Shown here: positions 21,992-31,738 of the stretch, one piece after another
Position numbering within the stretch: the stretch's first letter is position 1
How the letters are laid out: each line of letters begins with the position of its first letter
Assembly (NCBI RefSeq): GCF_020037015.1
Contig: NZ_JAIQDE010000007.1
Location: forward strand, 115,886 to 179,885
Direction: 5' to 3'
Origin: Corallococcus sp. AS-1-6
Lineage (GTDB): Bacteria; Myxococcota; Myxococcia; Myxococcales; Myxococcaceae
DNA: 64,000 bases
The notes under the pieces: model-generated
Told to the model about the DNA's origin: nothing
What the model saw: the letters and a program-made list of their open reading frames with translations, nothing else
The model's database searches: none
Made by a program: the position numbers and the translations under genes

Positions 21992-23043
21992 GCGAGCCGC
22001 TGGTCCAGGTGCGCGACCTGAAGGTGCACTTCCCGGTGAAGGGCGGCCTGCTGGGCCGCACGCGCGGCACGGTGCGCGCGGTGGACGGCGTGTCCTTCGA
22101 CGTCGCCCGGGGCGAGACGCTGGGCCTGGTGGGGGAGAGCGGCTGCGGCAAGAGCACCCTGGGGCGCGCGGTGCTGCGCCTCATCGACCCGACCTCCGGC
22201 TCCATCCGCGTGGCCGGGCGTGAGCTGACCGGCCTGTCGCAGCGCGAGCTGCGTCCGCTGCGCCGCCAGATGCAGCTCGTCTTCCAGGACCCGTACGCGT
22301 CGCTCAACCCGCGCATGACGGTGGGGGACATCCTCGCGGAGCCCTTCGCCATCCACGGCCTGGCGAAGGGCAAGGCGCGCGAGGACGAGGTGCTGGCGCT
22401 GCTCGACGCCATGGGGCTGCCCCGCGAGGCGCGCCAGCGCTACCCGCACGAGTTCTCCGGCGGCCAGCGTCAACGCATCGGCATTGCACGTGCCATCGCG
22501 TTGCGTCCGGACCTGGTGGTGGCGGACGAGCCCATCAGCGCGCTGGACGTCTCCATCCAGGCGCAGATCGTCAACCTGCTGGTGGACCTGCAGCGCGAGC
22601 GCGGGCTCACCTACGTCTTCATCGCGCACGACCTGAAGATCGTCGAGTACGTGTCCACGCGCGTGGCGGTGATGTACCTGGGCCGCATCGTGGAGGTGGC
22701 GCCGTCGCGGGCGCTGTATGCCGGGCCTCGCCACCCGTACACGCAGGCCCTGCTGTCCGCGGTGCCGGTGCCGGATCCGGAGCGCCCCGGCACGCGCCTG
22801 CTGCTGCCGGGAGAGCCGCCTTCGCCCCTGTCGCCGCCGTCCGGTTGCGCGTTCCACCCGCGCTGCCCGCATGCGATGGAGCGCTGCCGCCGCGAGTCAC
22901 CGCCGCTGTATCCCCTGGGCGGTGGCCACGCCGCGGCGTGCTTCCTGGCCGAAGGGGATTCGCGCGACGTACAGGACGGGCCCGCTGTTTCCGCGTCCGG
23001 AGGAGGTGCCGGTGTTCTGGCTCAGCCATCATCACGCGGATGA
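21988..23043 (+). CDS. ABC transporter ATP-binding protein, OppF/DppF type
   Basis: [31 protein letters not shown]; ATGA overlap with preceding gene. Confidence 0.8.
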
Positions 23044-23419
23044 GTACAACCGCACGTACGTGCTCGCGGGCGTGCGCGTGTGCGCGCGGTGCCTGGGCAC
23101 GTACCCGGTGCTCGCGGGCGTGTTCCTCGCGTTGTTCGCGCTGAAGGCGCCGCTGCGGTGGGAGTGGGACGTGCCCGGGGTGCTGGCCCTCACGCTGCCC
23201 GCGCTCGTGGACTGGGCGGTGGGACGCTTCCGGCCCGCTTCGGGTTCCAACGCGGTGCGCACGCTGACGGGCGTCCTGCTGGGAGTGGGGCTCGGCCGCT
23301 CGCTGTACGTGCATGTGCAGCGCCCGCTGCCGGCGGTGCTGCTGGCGCAGGCACTTCTGGTGACAGGGGTGGCGGTCCCTGTCATTCTCGCCACTTACCG
23401 GCGGCCACGGCCGGAATAG
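23012..23419 (+). CDS. DUF2085-like small membrane protein
   Basis: AGGAGG then GTG; CxxC...TM helices ([22 protein letters not shown]); upstream part of ORF 22718 is spurious. Confidence 0.4.
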   Translation: MFWLSHHHADEYNRTYVLAGVRVCARCLGTYPVLAGVFLALFALKAPLRWEWDVPGVLALTLPALVDWAVGRFRPASGSNAVRTLTGVLLGVGLGRSLYVHVQRPLPAVLLAQALLVTGVAVPVILATYRRPRPE

Positions 23420-23483
23420 ACCTTTCGCGCACGGCTGTCCGTTACAGGCCGTGGGCGGTGAAGGGGATGGCACCCGTGGCTTC

Positions 23484-24131
23484 ATGGGCACTGGGGGAAG
23501 TTTGGCACCCGAAACCTCAGACGAGCAGTTGATGCTCGCCTTCCAGGCGGGAAACGCGCGTGCGTTCGAAGCGTTGGTGCGCAAGCACCGCGCGCCGGTG
23601 TTCAACTTCATCCTGCGCTTCGTGGGCCACCGGGCGCGGGCGGAGGACGTGCTGCAGGAGACCTGGCTCAAGGTGGTCCGCAGCGCCCGGGAATACGAGC
23701 CCAAGGCCCGGTTCACGACCTGGCTGTACACCATCGCGAGGAACCTCTGCGTGGACAGCACGCGCAAAGAGAGCTACCGCCAGGCGACGTCCCTGGAAGC
23801 CCCCTCGGCGGGTGCCGACGGCGACGAGGGACGTCCGCTGGGCGAGGGGCTGCCGGACGCCGGGGCCAGCCCGGAGCGCGGCGCGCACAACGCCCGCCTC
23901 CGGCCCCTGCTGGAGCGGGCCCTGTCGGCCCTGCCGGAGGAGCAGCGCGAGGTGTTCGTGCTGCGCGAGTACAGCGGCATCCCGTTCAAGGAGATCGCCG
24001 AGGTGACGGGCGTGTCCGAGAACACGGTGAAGAGCCGCATGCGCTACGCGCTGGAGGGACTGCGCCGCCGCCTGGGTGAGCTGGGCGTGGACGGCGACCT
24101 GTCGGAGGATGGAAGGACGGTGGCGGGATGA
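23484..24131 (+). CDS. ECF (sigma-70 family) RNA polymerase sigma factor
   Basis: Region 2 ...VLQETWLKVVRSAREYEP.ARFTTWLYTIARNLCVD and region 4 ...REVFVLREYSGIPFKEIAEVTGVSENTVKSRMRYA. Confidence 0.8.
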   Translation: MGTGGSLAPETSDEQLMLAFQAGNARAFEALVRKHRAPVFNFILRFVGHRARAEDVLQETWLKVVRSAREYEPKARFTTWLYTIARNLCVDSTRKESYRQATSLEAPSAGADGDEGRPLGEGLPDAGASPERGAHNARLRPLLERALSALPEEQREVFVLREYSGIPFKEIAEVTGVSENTVKSRMRYALEGLRRRLGELGVDGDLSEDGRTVAG

Positions 24132-25537
24132 ATGCCCAGAATGCCCACGCGCACGAGGACCGGCTCCTCGACTTCGCCTACGGCGAGCTCCCCGCGTCGG
24201 AGGCCCACGCGCTGGAGCAGCACGTCCAGGGCTGCGCGCGCTGCACGAAGGCGCTGGCGGACATCCGCGGCGTGCGCACCACCATGGCGCAGTTGTCCTC
24301 GGAGCCCGCGCCGGACGCGGGCCTGGAGTCGCTGCTCGCGTACGCGCAGCAGTCCGCGCGCCGCGCCGCCGCCGGCCCCGAGCCGAAGCCCTCGCGCTGG
24401 CGCCGCTTCCTCTTGCCCGCGGTGGGCCTGGCCACGGTGGGCACCTTCGGCCTCCTGACGTTGACGGTGCGCGAGAACCTCGACCTGTCGCCGAACCTGT
24501 CACAGCGGGCCGCCCCCAGCGCGGCGATGGAGGCGGCGAAGGTCGCCCCCGTCGCCCCGGCCCCCGCGCCGTCGAGCGCGCCCCTCGAAGAGGACGCACC
24601 CGAGGGCGGCTCGGAGGCCCTGGCGGCCGCGCCGGGCGCGATGGAGCTCAACCGCAATCAGATGGAGACCAAGGCCCAGCGCAAGGGCACCGCCGCGGCC
24701 CGCCCGTCGGACTGGATGAACGCGGGCAGCGGGGGCGCGCTGCTGGAGCGCCGCGCGGACGCGGAGGCTCCGAAGAAGAAGGTGGCCAAGGCCGTCCGGG
24801 ACGCGGACGGCGAGTTCGCCGCGCTCGAGCCGCCTCCGGCCGCGCTGGAGGCGCCGTCGAAGGAAGCGGAGGCCCATGACAGCTTCCTCGCGAAGGACGA
24901 GCCCGCGCGGGGGCGCGCCTCGGCCAAGGTCAGCGACAAGGCGCTGGCCACGAAGGGCGACTCCCTGCGGTTGGGTGAGGCGGCCTATGGCCGTGGGCTC
25001 GTCTCGGATGACGCCGAGGACACGTCCGCGAGCGCGCCTCCGCCGCCGCCTCCTCCCGTTGCCTCCGCGCCCGTGGTCCAGGCCGTGCCCATGGCCCCCG
25101 CCAGCGTGGGCTCCCTCGGCGGTGCGTCGCCGCCGTCCACGCGCGCTCCCGCCGCGCCCAAGGAGGAGTCCGCCCGGGCCGAGGCCGCGAAGCCCGCTCC
25201 CATGGAGAAGTCCGCGTCCCAGGAGGCGATGACGGCGCGCGACCTGTCCGCCCAGGCCCAGGCCGCCGCGAACCAGGGTGACCGCGCCCGGGAGGCACGG
25301 CTGCTGCGCGCCGCGCTCGCGGCCGGAGCCAGCGGCAGCGAGCGGCTGGCCCTGCTCTCACGGCTCTGCGAGTCCGAGTCCGTCCAGGGCCGGACCCGGG
25401 AGGCCGCCGCCGTCTGCGGGCAGATCATCAAGGAGGCCCCCGGCTCCAGCGCGGCGCAGCTCGCCCAGCGCCGCCTGCGTCAGGCCTCGCCCCCCACGGC
25501 GCCGGCCAAGGCCGCTCCTTCCCAGCCCGCGCAGTAG
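24128..25537 (+). CDS. anti-sigma factor (ZAS-like HxxxCxxC), membrane-spanning, Ala/Pro-rich periplasmic region
   Basis: ATGA overlap with sigma gene; HVQGCARCTKAL motif; TM VGLATVGTFGLLTLTV. Confidence 0.6.
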   Translation: MNAQNAHAHEDRLLDFAYGELPASEAHALEQHVQGCARCTKALADIRGVRTTMAQLSSEPAPDAGLESLLAYAQQSARRAAAGPEPKPSRWRRFLLPAVGLATVGTFGLLTLTVRENLDLSPNLSQRAAPSAAMEAAKVAPVAPAPAPSSAPLEEDAPEGGSEALAAAPGAMELNRNQMETKAQRKGTAAARPSDWMNAGSGGALLERRADAEAPKKKVAKAVRDADGEFAALEPPPAALEAPSKEAEAHDSFLAKDEPARGRASAKVSDKALATKGDSLRLGEAAYGRGLVSDDAEDTSASAPPPPPPPVASAPVVQAVPMAPASVGSLGGASPPSTRAPAAPKEESARAEAAKPAPMEKSASQEAMTARDLSAQAQAAANQGDRAREARLLRAALAAGASGSERLALLSRLCESESVQGRTREAAAVCGQIIKEAPGSSAAQLAQRRLRQASPPTAPAKAAPSQPAQ

Positions 25538-25555
25538 GGAAGGGCGGCAGTCCAC

Positions 25556-25858
25556 ATGACCGATGCGGCCGGGGCCCGGGTCCTGGATAATGGGGACATG
25601 ACGTCGGACGTGCACGCTCCCCCCGTGAACAGCCCCCGGAAGTCGCCGCCGCGCTCCCCGCGCCGGGCCCGCCGTGGCCAGGCCATGGTGGAGTACTCGA
25701 TGATCAACTGGGTGTTGATCGTCGGGCTCGTCATCGGCGCCACGGTGAAGATCCGCTGGACGGACGACCGGCAGACCAACGTCATCGACCTGTTCCTCGA
25801 GGCGTATCAGATTTATTACGACTCGTTTTACTTCGTGCTGAACCTGCCGTTCCCCTGA
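25556..25858 (+). CDS. Flp/TadE-like prepilin (class III signal, G|QAMVEY)
   Basis: RRARRGQAMVEYSMINWVLIVGLVIGA matches prepilin-peptidase (TadV/CpaA) motif G/xxxxEY followed by hydrophobic helix; small mature peptide ~58 aa. Confidence 0.5.
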   Translation: MTDAAGARVLDNGDMTSDVHAPPVNSPRKSPPRSPRRARRGQAMVEYSMINWVLIVGLVIGATVKIRWTDDRQTNVIDLFLEAYQIYYDSFYFVLNLPFP

Positions 25859-26090
25859 GGGACGCCAGGGCCGCGGATCAACCCGCTGCGTCGAGCCGTC
25901 CTCCCCCTGGGCGGGCAGGCTCCGTGAGCGCTGGAGGTCCCGGGATTCCGCTTTGTCACGAGAGGTGGTTTTGACACCCGATGTGGGGCATGGCTAACAT
26001 CTTGCTCCGTTCGCGCCCTGGCATCGCCCCCTCGTCCAAAGCAGTCCTGCCGCCACGACGGCGCCCCACCGTTCTGGAGGACCTTGAACC

Positions 26091-26909
26091 ATGTTGAAGG
26101 GTAAGACCCCGCTCGTCGTCGCACTGGTGCTCGGTTTGCTCGCGGGCATCGTGGCCTACTCGGCCATCAAGAAGAAGGAATCGGATGTGCGCCGCGGGTG
26201 GAACCTGGTGCCCGTGGTGGTGGCGGGCCAGGACATGCCCGAGGGTTCGGTCATCACGTACGAGATGATCTCCCAGCGCTCCGTGCCGGAGCAGTTCGTC
26301 ACCTCGTCGGTGGTGAAGCCGGACTCCGCCAACTACATCGTGAACCAGAAGGTGCTGGTGGCGCTGCAGGCCGGCGACCCCATCCTCTGGAGCCAGTTCG
26401 AGACGACGAAGGCCGCCGAGCGCCTGTCCACGAAGGTGCAGAAGAAGGCGCGCGCCATCACCATCGAGGCGAAGCAGACCACGTCCGTGGGCGGGTGGAT
26501 CCGCCCCAACGATCACGTGGACATCATCGGCACGTTCCGCGATCCGCAGACGGACGAGAGCGTCGCGGTGACGCTGCTGCAGAACATCATCGTGGTCGCC
26601 ACGGGCAAGATCACCGGCACCACGAACATCAACCTCATCCCGGAGAACCAGCGCGAGTACTCCAACGTCTCGTTGATGGTGCTGCCGGAAGAGGCGGAGA
26701 TCCTGGTGCTGGCGGCGGAGCTGGGGCAGTTGACCCTGTCCCTGCGCAACGAGGACGACGTGGACCTCATCGAGGAGCGTGGCCGCGCGACCATCAGCAC
26801 GCTGCTCTCCGGTGAGCGCACCCGCGTGCTGGAGCAGAAGCGCCGGGAGATCATCCAGATCATCAAGGGCAGTGGCGGCGGCGAGAAGGCCTCGGCCGGA
26901 GCTCCGTAG
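26091..26909 (+). CDS. cpaB: Flp pilus assembly protein CpaB/RcpC
   Basis: N-terminal TM, SAF-like and RcpC beta domains; length 272 aa. Confidence 0.8.
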   Translation: MLKGKTPLVVALVLGLLAGIVAYSAIKKKESDVRRGWNLVPVVVAGQDMPEGSVITYEMISQRSVPEQFVTSSVVKPDSANYIVNQKVLVALQAGDPILWSQFETTKAAERLSTKVQKKARAITIEAKQTTSVGGWIRPNDHVDIIGTFRDPQTDESVAVTLLQNIIVVATGKITGTTNINLIPENQREYSNVSLMVLPEEAEILVLAAELGQLTLSLRNEDDVDLIEERGRATISTLLSGERTRVLEQKRREIIQIIKGSGGGEKASAGAP

Positions 26910-26987
26910 TCGTCGCGCGCGGGGCCGCTTCGCCAACGCTGAAGCGGCCCTGCCGACCCCTCCCTCATCCCCCGGGGATTCGCGCCC

Positions 26988-27833
26988 ATGCTCGCAGGTA
27001 TCGTCCTCCTTCTCGTCACCGGCTCGGTGTTCTTCTTCAGCCTGGTGATCTTCAGCGTCCTGTCGAAGGCGTATGAGCAGTACCAGGAGCGCTACGTCGC
27101 CAAGTCGATGAACGACTTGAGCGACATGTTCCTCTTCATCGACGCGCGGCAGATGTTGATCCTCAACATCGCCTGCATGTGCCTTCTGGGCATCCTCAGC
27201 TACATCATCTTCAACCCCATCCTGGCGGTGCTCGCGACCATCTTCGGCTTCTTCCTGCCGATGCTGCTCGTGAAGCACTACCGCAAGCGCCGCATCAAGA
27301 AGTTCAACGTGCAGTTGGTGGACGCGCTGCAGGCCATGGCCAACGCGTTCAAGGCGGGCCTCACGTTCCCGCAGGCCATCGAGCACGTGGCGCGCGAGGC
27401 GCTGCCGCCCCTGTCCCAGGAGTTCGGCCTCTTCGTGAAGGAAGTGAAGCTGGGCGTGCCGCTGGAGGAGGCGCTCATCAACATGGGCCGCCGCGTGGGC
27501 AGCGACGACCTGGAGCTGGTGGTGGTGTCCACCAACATCGCGCGCCAGTTGGGGGGCAACATGGCGGAGATGTTCGAGACCATCTCCACGGTGATCCGCG
27601 AGCGCTTCCGTCTGGAAGGCAAGATCGACGCGCTGACGTCCCAGGGCAAGCTTCAAGGCTGGATCGTGGCGGCCATGCCGGCGGTGCTGGGCATGGTGCT
27701 CAACTACATGCGTCCGGACCTGATGGAGCCGATGATGAACCACATCTTCGGCTACATCCTGGTGACCCTGATCGCCATCATGGAGATCATGGGCATCCTC
27801 ATCATCCGGCGCATCGTCAACATCGACATCTGA
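26988..27833 (+). CDS. tadB: Tad/Flp pilus assembly inner-membrane protein TadB (T2SS F-like)
   Basis: GspF-like domain ...LQAMANAFKAGLTFPQAIEHV... with flanking TM helices. Confidence 0.75.
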   Translation: MLAGIVLLLVTGSVFFFSLVIFSVLSKAYEQYQERYVAKSMNDLSDMFLFIDARQMLILNIACMCLLGILSYIIFNPILAVLATIFGFFLPMLLVKHYRKRRIKKFNVQLVDALQAMANAFKAGLTFPQAIEHVAREALPPLSQEFGLFVKEVKLGVPLEEALINMGRRVGSDDLELVVVSTNIARQLGGNMAEMFETISTVIRERFRLEGKIDALTSQGKLQGWIVAAMPAVLGMVLNYMRPDLMEPMMNHIFGYILVTLIAIMEIMGILIIRRIVNIDI

Positions 27834-27846
27834 AGCGAGGCGCACC

Positions 27847-28737
27847 GTGCAGGAAGTCCTGACATTTCTGCTGATGGGCGGCTCGGCACTGCTGACCGCG
27901 GGCGCGGTGGCGTTCCTGGGCATTGGCCTGTACACCAACCTCCTGGAGCGCTTCCTCACGGAAGTCCGCGACGAGTCCGCGGGCGGCATGAAGGGCGCGG
28001 GCTCCGTCGCCATCCGCAAGCTGGGCGCGATGAACCGGCGCTTCATGTGGCCGGGCTACGAGTCCAAGACGCGCCGCAAGCTGATCAAGGCGGGCGAGCC
28101 GTCCCAGTACAAGCCCGAGGACATCATGGCGCTGCAGGAGGTGAGCGCCTTCCTGGGCCTGCTGGTGGGCCTGTTCGTCGCCAACGGCATCGGGGCGAAC
28201 CTGGCGTGGTCGCTGCTGGTGATGCTGCTGGGCCTGTTCTATCCGCTCATCTGGTTGAACGACCAGGTGAAGCGCCGTCACCTGGCCATCAGCCGCGCGC
28301 TTCCGTACAACCTGGACCTGCTGACGCTGTCGGTGGAAGCGGGCATGGACTTCACGGGCGCGCTGGCGAAGGTGGTGGAGAAGGGCCGCCAGGGGCCGCT
28401 GCGCGAGGAGCTGCAGTTGGTGCTCAAGCAGCTCAAGATGGGCAAGACGCGTGAAGAGGCGCTCAAGGGCATGATCGTGCGCGTGGACCTGCCGTCGCTG
28501 ACGACGTTCGTCACGGCGCTGATCCAGGCGGACAAGATGGGCACGAGCCTGGGCAAGGTGCTGCGCATCCAGTCCACGCAGATGCGCATCGACCGCACGC
28601 AGCGCGCGGAGAAGCTGGCGGGCGAGGCACCGGTGAAGATGCTCTTCCCGCTCATCGCGTGCATCTTCCCGACGGTGTTCATGGTGCTCTTCGGGCCCAT
28701 CGTGTTCCAGTTCATGTTCGGCAACGTCGGGGGCTAG
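27847..28737 (+). CDS. tadC: Tad/Flp pilus assembly inner-membrane protein TadC
   Basis: Second GspF-like protein ...ALPYNLDLLTLSVEAGMDFTGAL...; adjacent to tadB. Confidence 0.75.
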   Translation: MQEVLTFLLMGGSALLTAGAVAFLGIGLYTNLLERFLTEVRDESAGGMKGAGSVAIRKLGAMNRRFMWPGYESKTRRKLIKAGEPSQYKPEDIMALQEVSAFLGLLVGLFVANGIGANLAWSLLVMLLGLFYPLIWLNDQVKRRHLAISRALPYNLDLLTLSVEAGMDFTGALAKVVEKGRQGPLREELQLVLKQLKMGKTREEALKGMIVRVDLPSLTTFVTALIQADKMGTSLGKVLRIQSTQMRIDRTQRAEKLAGEAPVKMLFPLIACIFPTVFMVLFGPIVFQFMFGNVGG

Positions 28738-28810
28738 TCCTCTGCCCATCCTGCTCACCATCACCCAGGGGCTCCAGGTTGGACGGGAGCTCGCCTTCGA
28801 GCAGGCCGAA

Positions 28811-31702
28811 GTGAAGATCGGCCGGACCTCGGAGAACGACCTGGTCCTGCATGACCACGGTGTCTCCCGGCGTCATGCCCGCATCACGGCGAGGGATGGG
28901 CGTTACTTCGCCGAGGACGTTGGCAGCGCGAACGGCACGCAGTTGAACGGCCAGCCGCTGGGCGGCCAGAAGCAACTGCGCGACGGCGACCGCATCACCG
29001 TGGGGCCGGTGGAGTTCACCTTCGTGTGGGTGGCGCCGGAGGATGACGACGACGTCACCCGGCCCATCCGGCGGATGCTCGCGCCGCCGCACGCGAAGGT
29101 GTCGCCGCAGGGCGTGGAGCAGGCCTCGCTCGCGGAGATCGAAGCGGCGCCCACGAGCTACCAGCCGTCGATGCCGGCCATGGCCCGGCCCGCGTCCCCG
29201 CCGCGCCCGGGGATGGCCGTGCCCGCCGCGAAGGGTGGGGCGATGCCGATGCCGGCCGCCACGCCGAAGCGGCCCTCCGCTCCGGATCTACCGGCGGTCG
29301 GTGCCTCCGCGCCGGGGGCGGCTGCTCCGGCCCGGACGCCACCGGGGCCTCCCGTGCTTGGTGCCTCCGCGCCGGGCCGGGCTGCACCGGGAACTCCCGT
29401 GCTGGGAACACCCACGCCGGGGGCGGCGACTCCGCCCAAGCCTGGTGTGCAGGGAGCCTCTGTTCCGGCGACTCCGCCCCGGCCTCCCTCGGGTCCGCCT
29501 GCGCTGGGCGCCGCTGCGTCCTCTGCTTCGGGCAAGGTTCCCGCCGCGCCTTCCGTGGTGGGGAGCCTGGGGCAGGGCGCGACCGCGCCGGCCAGGACTC
29601 CCGCGGGCCCTCCGGTGTTGGGTTCCGCGGCTCCCAACGAGGGTTCCCCGGCCAGGGCTCCTGCTGCTCCCCCGGTGCTGTCGGCCGGGAACAAGGCCTC
29701 GGGAGCTTCCGCCGCCGTCCGTGCCTCCGGGCCGGGACCGTCCTTGGCGGCCCGGGGCGCAGCGGCTTCGTCACCCGGCCTGCCGTTGATGTCTCCTCCG
29801 GGGCTGATGGTTCCGCCTCCTCCCGCCCGGCCTCTCGCCGTGCCTCCTCCCGTGGAGCTGGCCCCCGTGGCGCCGGACGAGCCCGAGGAGCGCACGCTGA
29901 TGGCGATCTCCACGGTGGACTCGCCCGTGCCCGCCGCCACGCCGCCTCCCGTGCTGTCCCTCCCGGACATGGACGAGCCCGAGGAGCGCACGCTGATGGC
30001 GATCTCCACGGTGGACTCGCGCGTGCCCGCCGCCGCGCCGCCTCCCGTGCTGCCTCTCCCGGAGCTGGACGAGCCCAACGAGAGCACGCTGATGGCGATT
30101 CCCACGGCGGACCTGGCCGTGCCCGCCGCCACACCGCCCCCGGCGCTCTCCTTCCCGGAGCTGGACGAGCCCGAGGAGCGCACGCTGATGGCGATTCCGG
30201 CGACCCCGGAAGCGCCACCGGTTCCCGTCGCGCCGCCGCCGCAGGAGGCCCCGCCCGCGCTGCCCCCGCCGGCGATGGAGGAGCCCGAGGAGCGGACCGT
30301 CCTCGACCTCCGGCCCATCACGCCGGTCAAGCCGCTCGTGGCCCCTCCGGTGCGCATCGTGAGCGCGCCCGCCGCCGCGATCGACTCCAGCGAGCCCTCG
30401 ACCTTCGTCGGCCAGGACGATGACCTCTCCGCGGCCCCCGAGGAGACCCGGGCCTCCGGGACCTTCTCGGGCCAGGTCGCGCCCGGACCCGCCGCACCGG
30501 CCGCGGCGCCTCCGCCGGCCTGGAGCCCTCCCGTCCCGCCGCCTTCCGAGGAGCCGGTGACGTTCGTCGGCCACGACCGCGCCCCGCCTGCCCCGGCCCT
30601 GGACCCCGGGCTGCTGACGGGCGAAATCCCACTGCTGGCCCATGTGCCCGCTCCGGACGCGGAGGGTGAAGCCACCCTGCCCGTGCCGGCCAACCTGGAT
30701 GAGTCCGCCACCCAGCCCGCGCCAAGGGGCCCGGTGACGGTCGTCGCGAAGGTCGAGCCCTCGTCCGCCGCCGACAAGGCCCGCCAGCGGCGCCAGTTGG
30801 GCAAGACGCTCAAGGGCCGGTTCCTCCTCTTCTGGCAGCGCCAGTCGCTGCCCAGGCGCATCGGCTTCGCGTCGCTGGCGGGCGTGGCCGTGCTGGGCGT
30901 GCTGACGCTGCTCGTGGCGCTCGCGGCCCCCTCGGCCATCCGGCTCCCGGGCCGCGAACCCTTCACGCTGGGCATGGAGCCGGTGCCGGACTCCTTCGGC
31001 CTGGGCGAAGGGGTGCGCTGGGTCCACGCCGACGACAAGCTCTTCGACTTCCGCTTCGTGTCCCCCACGCGCGCCGTGGCGGTGCTGCACTACCAGGCCA
31101 GCAACATCGCCCGGGACGAGGTCAACCTGTCCCTCAACGGCGTGTCCCTGGGCTGGGTGCCCCCGGATACCGCCCAGACGGCCGAGCGTGAGCTGGAGCA
31201 GGTCCTCCCGCCCAGCCTCCTGCGGCGCAACGCCAACAACCAGCTCCTCTTCGACAACGCCCTCAACCCGCCCGGCCGAGACCCCTGGCGCATCTGGAAC
31301 CTGCGGCTGGAGATCATCCCGGTGCCGGAGCTGCCGCCGGATCAGCTCATCACCTCCGCCCGGGAGGCCGCCAAGGCAGGGGCCCGCTTCTACGAGCTCA
31401 AGGACGTGGGCGCGGAGAACCTGTTCAAGGCGTGGCGGGAGTACCGCGCCGCGTGGATCACCCTGGAAGCGCTGGACGACAAGCCGGAGCTCTACGAGGA
31501 CGTCCGGGAGCGGATCGCCCAGATTTCAACGGAGCTGGACCACCGCTGCAGCCAACTGATGATGCAGTTCCAGCGGGCGGTTCAGTTCCGCAGCCGACGG
31601 GATGCGGTCGCCACCCTGGAAGACGTACGGAGACGCTTCCCTACGGCCGAGCATCGCTGCCACAATCTCGCGCTGGAAAAAGCCTATGAGCACGAGCTTT
31701 AG
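28811..31702 (+). CDS. FHA-domain membrane protein with Pro/Ala-rich repeat region and C-terminal periplasmic domain (start uncertain; FHA continues upstream)
   Basis: FHA core ...IGRTSENDLVLHDHGVSRRHARI...GSANGTQLNG...; TM at ~aa 690; tandem 32-aa repeats; see finding on start codon. Confidence 0.7.
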   Translation: MKIGRTSENDLVLHDHGVSRRHARITARDGRYFAEDVGSANGTQLNGQPLGGQKQLRDGDRITVGPVEFTFVWVAPEDDDDVTRPIRRMLAPPHAKVSPQGVEQASLAEIEAAPTSYQPSMPAMARPASPPRPGMAVPAAKGGAMPMPAATPKRPSAPDLPAVGASAPGAAAPARTPPGPPVLGASAPGRAAPGTPVLGTPTPGAATPPKPGVQGASVPATPPRPPSGPPALGAAASSASGKVPAAPSVVGSLGQGATAPARTPAGPPVLGSAAPNEGSPARAPAAPPVLSAGNKASGASAAVRASGPGPSLAARGAAASSPGLPLMSPPGLMVPPPPARPLAVPPPVELAPVAPDEPEERTLMAISTVDSPVPAATPPPVLSLPDMDEPEERTLMAISTVDSRVPAAAPPPVLPLPELDEPNESTLMAIPTADLAVPAATPPPALSFPELDEPEERTLMAIPATPEAPPVPVAPPPQEAPPALPPPAMEEPEERTVLDLRPITPVKPLVAPPVRIVSAPAAAIDSSEPSTFVGQDDDLSAAPEETRASGTFSGQVAPGPAAPAAAPPPAWSPPVPPPSEEPVTFVGHDRAPPAPALDPGLLTGEIPLLAHVPAPDAEGEATLPVPANLDESATQPAPRGPVTVVAKVEPSSAADKARQRRQLGKTLKGRFLLFWQRQSLPRRIGFASLAGVAVLGVLTLLVALAAPSAIRLPGREPFTLGMEPVPDSFGLGEGVRWVHADDKLFDFRFVSPTRAVAVLHYQASNIARDEVNLSLNGVSLGWVPPDTAQTAERELEQVLPPSLLRRNANNQLLFDNALNPPGRDPWRIWNLRLEIIPVPELPPDQLITSAREAAKAGARFYELKDVGAENLFKAWREYRAAWITLEALDDKPELYEDVRERIAQISTELDHRCSQLMMQFQRAVQFRSRRDAVATLEDVRRRFPTAEHRCHNLALEKAYEHEL

Positions 31703-31738
31703 GGCCCGTGCCCCCCTCAGCAGGACGCGGTGACCTCC

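Noticed and set aside
25990-26060. Possible sigma-54-type promoter (tggcatcgccccctcg) upstream of cpaB
   Set aside because: Only the -24 GG element fits; -12 GC spacing/sequence poor, and no bEBP gene adjacent; cannot support
25956-28046. 696-aa minus-strand ORF across cpaB/tadB/tadC
   Set aside because: Antisense artefact; sense strand encodes recognisable Tad proteins with membrane topology
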